64,000 nt of DNA from IMG/VR virus record IMGVR_UViG_2724679654_000001, positions 15,221 to 79,220 of that record; one strand, written 5' to 3'. Position 1 is the stretch's first letter, and each line of letters opens with the position of its first letter. Position numbers and translations under genes: made by a program. Origin of the DNA: a virus (Duplodnaviria; Caudoviricetes). Below are positions 57,999-64,000 of this stretch, one piece after another. Under the pieces are notes generated by a model. It was given only the letters and a program-made list of their open reading frames with translations, ran no database searches and had not been told where the DNA came from.

Positions 57999-59492
57999 AT
58001 GCTGGTTAAAAAAGACTTTCAGCAAGCGATTGTAGATTCTATAGCCGCGTATCCTGCGGTTGCCCCGCTCTATCAAGCCGGTGATCCCCGCATTCTGCAG
58101 AGTTTGGATGCCATGGCTACTATGCTGGCCATGTTCTCTTCTCAAATCGAAACGGCGATGGCGGAACCATTCGAGAAAGTGCGCGATGCTACCGTTCTGG
58201 CCGATGCCGCAATGCGAGGCGTGATCCGCAAGGCAAGCCCAGGCAGGGTGAGAGTAACCGTAAAGAATGGCAATAATACAGCTTTCACGGTCGATACCGG
58301 CAGAACCATCATTGATTCAGCAGGCTTATCGTACATTATCGAAACTTCGGCTGTAATTGCGGCAAATTCCACCGGCACATTCGATGCGGTGCAAATAAAA
58401 CGTGAATCGATCAATCACACAGTATCTGGCAGCGCGCCTTTTTATGCGATTGAGATACCGGCACCAACTGATGATACCTATTTGAGCGGAATTTCAGTGA
58501 GTGATTCAAGTGGCGAATATGAATACCGCGAAAGATATGTAAATACTTGGCCTGATGAGCGTATTTTTCATGTTGAAGTTGATGACAGGCAAGTCATTTA
58601 TGTGCGTTTCGGACAGGATGATATTGTTGGTGTTCAACCGGCTGACGGACAGGTTATAACGCTTACAATTTCACGCTCCGCAGGTGAAATTTCGCCCGCA
58701 TCAGGATCGCCGTTCTCATTTGAGTACCTGCAATCACCAGCCGAATCCGCTGTTGAGTTGTCGCTCAATTCCTTGCTAGAAAAAGGCATAAACCCGCCTG
58801 ATATGGCCACCTTGAGAGACCTGGTTAAATACCCGTCTGTATACAACCACAATGCTGTTTTTCTGGGTGAATTCGACTTCGTTGTGCGGCGCGCGTACAG
58901 CAACACTCAATTTCTTTCTATCTGGAATGAAGCCATTGAAGAAGTGGCGCGCGGGGCTGATGTTGATAACATTAATACGTTATTCGTGGCCTGCTTGTCT
59001 GCGGATGGAACTGAAGATGTTTTGACAGAACCAAATCCAGAAACACCAGTCACGCCCAATTTAATTGCCGAAATAGACTTAACCGCTACCCAGAAAGGTA
59101 TCCGCAGCGTCATATTGGGTGCAGATAACAGTTACCGGGTTAAATTCATGACCCCGGTGCGGTCTGAAATAGCCATGACCATAACAGCCACCATTTCCAC
59201 TGCATACGTTGCCGGTGACGTGCAATCGCAAATAATCGAAACGATACTTGCAGAATACGGTGAAGAGCAACCCGGATCAAAGAGAAGTGCCAATAAACCG
59301 CTATACAAACGGGTTTATGCGTTGCTAAAAGAAAAAATAGCGGCATTATCCGATGCTAACGCAGACATCAGGGTGACTATCGCCGCGCCTGTTGGTGATT
59401 ACCGGCCTGAGCTGTGGCGCTATGTTTCTGCAGCCAGCTTGACGGTCACCGTTACATCAGAAAATGTCTTACCGCCGTCATGGGGTGGGTAA
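57999..59492 (+). CDS. Baseplate wedge protein (P1 BplA / gpJ-like)
   Basis: 497 aa; VRFGQDDIVGVQP; position. Confidence 0.7.
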   Translation: MLVKKDFQQAIVDSIAAYPAVAPLYQAGDPRILQSLDAMATMLAMFSSQIETAMAEPFEKVRDATVLADAAMRGVIRKASPGRVRVTVKNGNNTAFTVDTGRTIIDSAGLSYIIETSAVIAANSTGTFDAVQIKRESINHTVSGSAPFYAIEIPAPTDDTYLSGISVSDSSGEYEYRERYVNTWPDERIFHVEVDDRQVIYVRFGQDDIVGVQPADGQVITLTISRSAGEISPASGSPFSFEYLQSPAESAVELSLNSLLEKGINPPDMATLRDLVKYPSVYNHNAVFLGEFDFVVRRAYSNTQFLSIWNEAIEEVARGADVDNINTLFVACLSADGTEDVLTEPNPETPVTPNLIAEIDLTATQKGIRSVILGADNSYRVKFMTPVRSEIAMTITATISTAYVAGDVQSQIIETILAEYGEEQPGSKRSANKPLYKRVYALLKEKIAALSDANADIRVTIAAPVGDYRPELWRYVSAASLTVTVTSENVLPPSWGG

Positions 59493-60200
59493 GTGGATTT
59501 TCCGAACGCGCAATTACCTGAACTGACGCCGCTCAAGAATAGCTTTGCCGTTGATGATGTTGAAAACGACCTGCGCAATCTGTTTATCGACCTGTTTGAG
59601 TCTTTAATGGCACAAAGCGCCTTCGATCTGAATGTTATTGGTGTTGGGCACCTGGGATCAATGGATTTAATCCGCAAGCTGGTAAACGTTGACGGGCTGG
59701 CATTAATCGATGGCGAAAGGGAAGAAACTGCCACACGTTACCTATTCAAAGCATGGAAATCACGCAACAAAAATGGGCGCGGGTTTCATTTTTTGGCCAC
59801 ATACCTGCAGCTTCTATTTCCCAATGGATACGCCATTGAGCAAATGGCGCAAGAAAAGTCAGGGACGTACCCAAACCAGCTCTCACCATTATTAAGAGCC
59901 GACTCAACAAAATTCTCCACAAGCCGGGTCCGTGTTGCCATCGATTCATCTAAAACAACATGGGAAAACATCGACAAAATGGCCCCCATACTGGCATCTA
60001 TAATACCAGCACGCTTAATTCTTTATTTTGCGATGCTGACAACGTGGCGGAAAACCAACTACATCGGAGCCACCATGTTATCCGGGAGTACAGCAGTTGT
60101 TTACCCGGCTGCATCACAGCCCACTGAATGGGAAAACATAATGCGAATAGGTGCTGCAATGATCGGAATCTCAATTAACACTATTTACCCTAAAACATAA
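59493..60200 (+). CDS. Baseplate protein (gpI-like)
   Basis: GRGFHFLATYLQLLFP, ASIIPARL. Confidence 0.6.
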   Translation: MDFPNAQLPELTPLKNSFAVDDVENDLRNLFIDLFESLMAQSAFDLNVIGVGHLGSMDLIRKLVNVDGLALIDGEREETATRYLFKAWKSRNKNGRGFHFLATYLQLLFPNGYAIEQMAQEKSGTYPNQLSPLLRADSTKFSTSRVRVAIDSSKTTWENIDKMAPILASIIPARLILYFAMLTTWRKTNYIGATMLSGSTAVVYPAASQPTEWENIMRIGAAMIGISINTIYPKT

Positions 60201-60838
60201 TGAGCGTTTATTACACATTACTTACCAATGCTGGCGCTTCGGCAATGGCTTATGCGGCTGCGCATGCCACTCCGGTCGATCTTGCGCAGGTTGCTCTGGG
60301 CGATGGTAACGGGTCTTTGCCTGCGCATACCCCGGCATCAACAGCGCTGGTTCATGAAGTCTATCGGGCAAATATAAACTCAATAACCCAAGATCCTGAT
60401 AATGCGGCTTGGTATATCGTTGAATTGGTTGTGCCACCGGAAGTTGGTGATTTCTGGGTGCGTGAATTCAGGATAGATGATGCTGAAGGCAATCCGATTT
60501 ATATCGGTGTAACAGCACCGGAATTCAAGCCTATTCTGGCTTCTGGTATGACCAGGGATAGCATTTACCGATTGATTGTAGAAACTTCCAATGTGGCGAC
60601 AATTACCTTGGTTGTTGATCCATCTATCGTAATGGCCACGCATGCGTATGTATTGAATGCGGTTGCTGCATACATCCCTCTTACCCAAAAGGCGGCTGCA
60701 AATGGAGTTGCTACGCTGGATGAAGGCAGTAAAGTGCCACTAGGGCAATTACCAGATAGCTTGGCTACCGAAGCAGAGGTGCTTGCGTATCTTAATGATG
60801 CCCGCGCCCGTCGATTCTATTTCGGCAATCTATATTAA
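60200..60838 (+). CDS. Short tail-fibre base protein (P2 gpH N-terminal / DUF3751-like)
   Basis: YTLLTNAG...ALGDGNG...VVPPEVGDFWVRE...DPSIVMAT. Confidence 0.85.
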   Translation: MSVYYTLLTNAGASAMAYAAAHATPVDLAQVALGDGNGSLPAHTPASTALVHEVYRANINSITQDPDNAAWYIVELVVPPEVGDFWVREFRIDDAEGNPIYIGVTAPEFKPILASGMTRDSIYRLIVETSNVATITLVVDPSIVMATHAYVLNAVAAYIPLTQKAAANGVATLDEGSKVPLGQLPDSLATEAEVLAYLNDARARRFYFGNLY

Positions 60839-60853
60839 AGGAGTCTATTTTAA

Positions 60854-61180
60854 ATGCCATCAGGAAAGTTTTATTCTGGCGTGCTGACTGCAGACACTGA
60901 CGTTGATACCGGTGCGGTTGCTACTGGTAAATGCAGGACGGTGAATATAAGTCTTGTTAATGCAAGCACGTCAAGTGATGCTACAGCGCAGATATGTATA
61001 GGAACATCGGCAACTATTGCTGCTGCTGATTATGTTGAATACAACATTTTAGTACCAAAAAATGGCGGTGTTTTCAAGCTAACCGGTGAGCCTGTGGGAG
61101 CTGGTGAACGAGTGGTTCTGCGAGTATCAGGATCATCCAATGTAACAGCAAGAATTTCTGGTTTTGAGGAGACTGCATAA
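60854..61180 (+). CDS. Small tail appendage protein
   Basis: AAGGAG RBS; beta-rich; ends SGFEE. Confidence 0.55.
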   Translation: MPSGKFYSGVLTADTDVDTGAVATGKCRTVNISLVNASTSSDATAQICIGTSATIAAADYVEYNILVPKNGGVFKLTGEPVGAGERVVLRVSGSSNVTARISGFEETA

Positions 61181-62103
61181 TGGCTCGTATTAAAGAATCT
61201 GCTGCATCTGCATTTTCGTTGGCATCTTTTGCCAATACAGCAAAAGCAGTCCCTGCCGGTTATATGGGCGAATACGGCAATAGATTGTGGAGAGTATTTA
61301 ATGCCAGCGGTACCTTTATCGTGCCAGCAGGAATTACTAAAATCCGCGTGAGGGTGCTTGGTGCTGGATGCGGCGGTACAAATGCTGGTCGTGGCGGTTG
61401 CGGCGGCGGTTATGCGCATGGCGAATTTACTGTAACCCCCGCAGCAAGTCACACCGTAACCGTAGGCACGGGGAGTGCTGGCGGCGCATCACCATCTGCT
61501 GGCGGGACATCCTCATTTGGTGCGTTGATATCGGCAACCGGTGGAACTTCATCTGCTGGAGGTACAGGAACGGGTGGGGATTTTCAGGCAACTGGTGGGG
61601 TCTCGGGCAATCTTTCCGGAAGTGGCGGCGGTGGATCTGGCTCTCAATTGGGCGATGGTGGCAATTCGGCTGCTTTTACTGGATCAGGTGGCGGAGCAGT
61701 AGGAGGTAACAGCACTTTAAGCACAACTAACATAACTGGCGGGGCAAGTGCTTTTGGCAATGTAGTTTCCGGATCTGTCGGAGCGCCAGATATTGTTGGA
61801 GCAACAGACGCCACAGCTTCGGCCAGCGGGGTAAGAAATGCGATTAATGCAACTATAAGATTCCCCTTCGATGGTTTCGTTGGCGGTGGAGGTACATCGC
61901 CTGGTGGAATAGGTGGAAGAGGTGCCGGTGGAGCTGGAGCGAACGGATCTGTTGGTGGTGGTGCTGGAGGATCTGGCGGTGGCGGCGGCGGTGTTGCTGG
62001 CTCATTTGCAGGTGGACATGGCGGTCTTGGTGCCGGGGGTGGCAGTTCCAGTGGCGCTACTTCTGGTAACGGTGGTGATGGTTTGGTTATTGTGGAGTGG
62101 TAA
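61180..62103 (+). CDS. Glycine-rich tail fibre protein
   Basis: FNASGTFIVPAGITKIRVRVLGAGCGG...GNGGDGLVIVEW. Confidence 0.8.
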   Translation: MARIKESAASAFSLASFANTAKAVPAGYMGEYGNRLWRVFNASGTFIVPAGITKIRVRVLGAGCGGTNAGRGGCGGGYAHGEFTVTPAASHTVTVGTGSAGGASPSAGGTSSFGALISATGGTSSAGGTGTGGDFQATGGVSGNLSGSGGGGSGSQLGDGGNSAAFTGSGGGAVGGNSTLSTTNITGGASAFGNVVSGSVGAPDIVGATDATASASGVRNAINATIRFPFDGFVGGGGTSPGGIGGRGAGGAGANGSVGGGAGGSGGGGGGVAGSFAGGHGGLGAGGGSSSGATSGNGGDGLVIVEW

Positions 62104-62282
62104 GCGTGGATAACTGCAAAATGTGTAATGTTTTCTTGGCAATTGATGATAAACAAGGTTTTTGTCGCAGATTTCCTCCTACTCCAATACCTGGCAATGA
62201 TGGTGGCATCTACTCACATTTCCCTATGATGTTAAACGATGGCTGGTGTGGTGAGTTCAAATTAAAAGCGGAGTCAAAATAA
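62097..62282 (+). CDS. Small Cys-rich protein (start uncertain)
   Basis: CKMC...GFCRRFPP...WCGEF. Confidence 0.55.
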   Translation: MVSVDNCKMCNVFLAIDDKQGFCRRFPPTPIPGNDGGIYSHFPMMLNDGWCGEFKLKAESK

Positions 62283-62283
62283 T

Positions 62284-62739
62284 ATGAAATATGCTCGCAT
62301 CATAAATAATGTGGCGGTCGATGTTGTTGTTGGAAATCCGTCTGATCTTTTTCACCCAAGCATCGCCTCTCAGTTTGTTTTGGTTCCAGATAATGTTGAA
62401 TCTGGCTGGTTATTAAATACAGAAACAGGGGTGTGGTCTGCGCCAGAGCCTGCAACACCGCCGGGATTGGCAGCAATCCCGCAAAAGATTGATGTCATCA
62501 GCTTCAAGCTTTTGTTTACCTCACCAGAGCGTATCAAAGCCAAAGAATTGCGTGCGACCGATGCTGTTATTGATGATTTCTGGTCGATCCTTGATGATCC
62601 AAGAACGCAAAACGTTGACATGGCACTGACATCAATACAGCAGGCAATCGCGTATACATTGAATGCAATAAATACTGCTGGAGTAGTAACTGACGTTACG
62701 GCTAGAACAGCGGCCATTTTATCCGGCCAAGTGAATTAA
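62284..62739 (+). CDS. Tail fibre assembly / chaperone-like protein
   Basis: MKYARIINNVAVDVV...VPDNVESGW; FKLLFTSPER. Confidence 0.6.
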   Translation: MKYARIINNVAVDVVVGNPSDLFHPSIASQFVLVPDNVESGWLLNTETGVWSAPEPATPPGLAAIPQKIDVISFKLLFTSPERIKAKELRATDAVIDDFWSILDDPRTQNVDMALTSIQQAIAYTLNAINTAGVVTDVTARTAAILSGQVN

Positions 62740-62763
62740 AAAAATACTTGCAAGTAGAAAACT

Positions 62764-62786
62764 AACCCGCTCCGGCGGGTTTTTTT
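62764..62786 (+). terminator. Rho-independent terminator
   Basis: AACCCGC-TCCG-GCGGGTTTTTTT. Confidence 0.85.
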
Positions 62787-62803
62787 ATTGCTAATCAGTA
62801 AAA

Positions 62804-62844
62804 CGGAAATACACCCATTTCTGCCAAAAAAACTCCATTAAATT
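62804..62844 (+). promoter_or_regulatory. Late promoter motif variant
   Basis: CGGAAAT-N28-TAAATT. Confidence 0.55.
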
Positions 62845-62879
62845 TGTATGTAATTAATCACTTTGCAGGAGTAAATCTA

Positions 62880-63197
62880 ATGCCGGAAGACTATTATATT
62901 GTTGATGAAGAGCAGCTTGCTGGATTGAGTTTCGGTCCTTCGACTGGCGCAAAAGTAGGTCCGTTTGTCGATTCAGGCTGGTATCAACTTGTGGCAACCG
63001 CTAATTGCTACATCAAAATTGTTAGCGCTCAAAAGGCGGAGCTGGGGGTTGATGCTGCCGCAGTTTCTGGCGCGAATGGCTGTGATCTTTTTTCCGGTAA
63101 CGGCGCGAAATGGTACATCCCGCAGGGCGGATATCTTGGGGCAATCGGATACGCTGGTAAAACTGGCGACATCAGGATTCACAGGGTGGGCAAATAA
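62880..63197 (+). CDS. Hypothetical structural protein
   Basis: AGGAG RBS; beta-rich 105 aa. Confidence 0.55.
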   Translation: MPEDYYIVDEEQLAGLSFGPSTGAKVGPFVDSGWYQLVATANCYIKIVSAQKAELGVDAAAVSGANGCDLFSGNGAKWYIPQGGYLGAIGYAGKTGDIRIHRVGK

Positions 63198-64000
63198 TGG
63201 CACAGATTAACGTACTTGGGATACTTGATGAGCAGGGTGTTATACGTGCAATCCTTAATCCAGACGGCAGTTACAGCCTGCAACTCGCTAATGGCGACAT
63301 ACTGCAAAGCGTATCGCCGGTCTTTGCATGGCCAGGCATATCGATACCGGGAATCCTCACTCTCCCAGCAGCCAACACTTTTGAAAACGGGGCCAACGTG
63401 CGTTTGCACCCCAGCAACTTTATCGGTGCCGGGGTAAATCCGCTCGGAGTCGAAATACAAGCGGATGCGCTGAATAATATTTGGCGCCCGCGTGGGCGGC
63501 AAATTATTTGGTCGGGGTTTTTGGGTATTTTAGGAGAGTCCACGGTATTTGTAACAAATACTGGCCGATTTAATATAGGTGCTGATCCTGTCCTTCCGGC
63601 CGGGTTGCTTAATTATGCGGGGGCTAAATTGCGATGTTCGGAGCAATACCAGATAGCTAATCTAGCATCAGGAGGATCAGGACCAACTATAGCAACATAC
63701 CTGGGCACCAATCTGGTCACGTACAGCAGTAATCCCACGGTAATGGATAATACAGCCAATGCTAGCAATAACGCGACTTTCCAGCCGGAAACACTCATAC
63801 AAAGAGACGTCATTACCGCCACAAAATTGCTCACAAACAGACATGGCATTAGGGGTGGCACAGGGTCATCCGGATGGCTGCAAAATGTCACATCTGGTAT
63901 TGATTTTGCGGCAGCGCAGATGATTAGTTTCGGAGTAACTAATTTAGGGACTGCAACCAGGATTGATATGCATGGTTACGAAATAGCGTGGGAATACTGA
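63197..64000 (+). CDS. Hypothetical beta-rich protein, possible receptor-binding or decoration protein
   Basis: 267-aa ORF coupled to the upstream gene. Confidence 0.5.
   Translation: MAQINVLGILDEQGVIRAILNPDGSYSLQLANGDILQSVSPVFAWPGISIPGILTLPAANTFENGANVRLHPSNFIGAGVNPLGVEIQADALNNIWRPRGRQIIWSGFLGILGESTVFVTNTGRFNIGADPVLPAGLLNYAGAKLRCSEQYQIANLASGGSGPTIATYLGTNLVTYSSNPTVMDNTANASNNATFQPETLIQRDVITATKLLTNRHGIRGGTGSSGWLQNVTSGIDFAAAQMISFGVTNLGTATRIDMHGYEIAWEY

Noticed and set aside
61644-62156. Proline-rich minus-strand ORF and other long antisense ORFs (for example 51530-52192, 48476-49009)
   Set aside because: These are mirror images of biased codons in real plus-strand genes and carry no motifs.
1-64000. 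CRISPR array, DGR or retron
   Set aside because: No regularly spaced repeats and no reverse transcriptase motifs seen; mismatches between the two 86-bp copies are not adenine-specific and both copies are non-coding.

Overview
The whole window is one large temperate-phage (probably prophage) region, about 45% GC with AT-rich insertions, consistent with a proteobacterial host. It starts inside a cI-like repressor and ends in the tail-appendage genes; no integrase or att site is visible. The early part is lambdoid: cI/cro/cII with three operators, a degenerate tRNA, an O-like replication initiator, two DNA methyltransferases and nin-type genes. The late part is a P1-like myovirus: PacA/PacB-like terminase, portal, protease, capsid, sheath, tube, baseplate, lysis genes and a complete Dar anti-restriction cluster (Hdf, DarA, DdrB-like, DarB, Ulx). 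Main observations: (1) a 406-aa intein sits right after the DEAH motif of DarB, and its interior is dual-coded, with a zinc-finger/DUF559 (Vsr-like) endonuclease in the +1 frame; (2) the C5 methyltransferase is also dual-coded (EcoHK31I-like alpha/beta); (3) three integron gene cassettes with crippled attC sites are fixed in the phage; (4) ten copies of a CGGAAAA-N28-(-10) promoter motif precede the late operons; (5) an 86-bp element occurs twice at core/accessory boundaries; (6) there is a 144-bp MITE with an 8-bp target duplication; (7) there is a candidate pac repeat cluster. All product calls come from motif recognition and synteny; no database searches were run.
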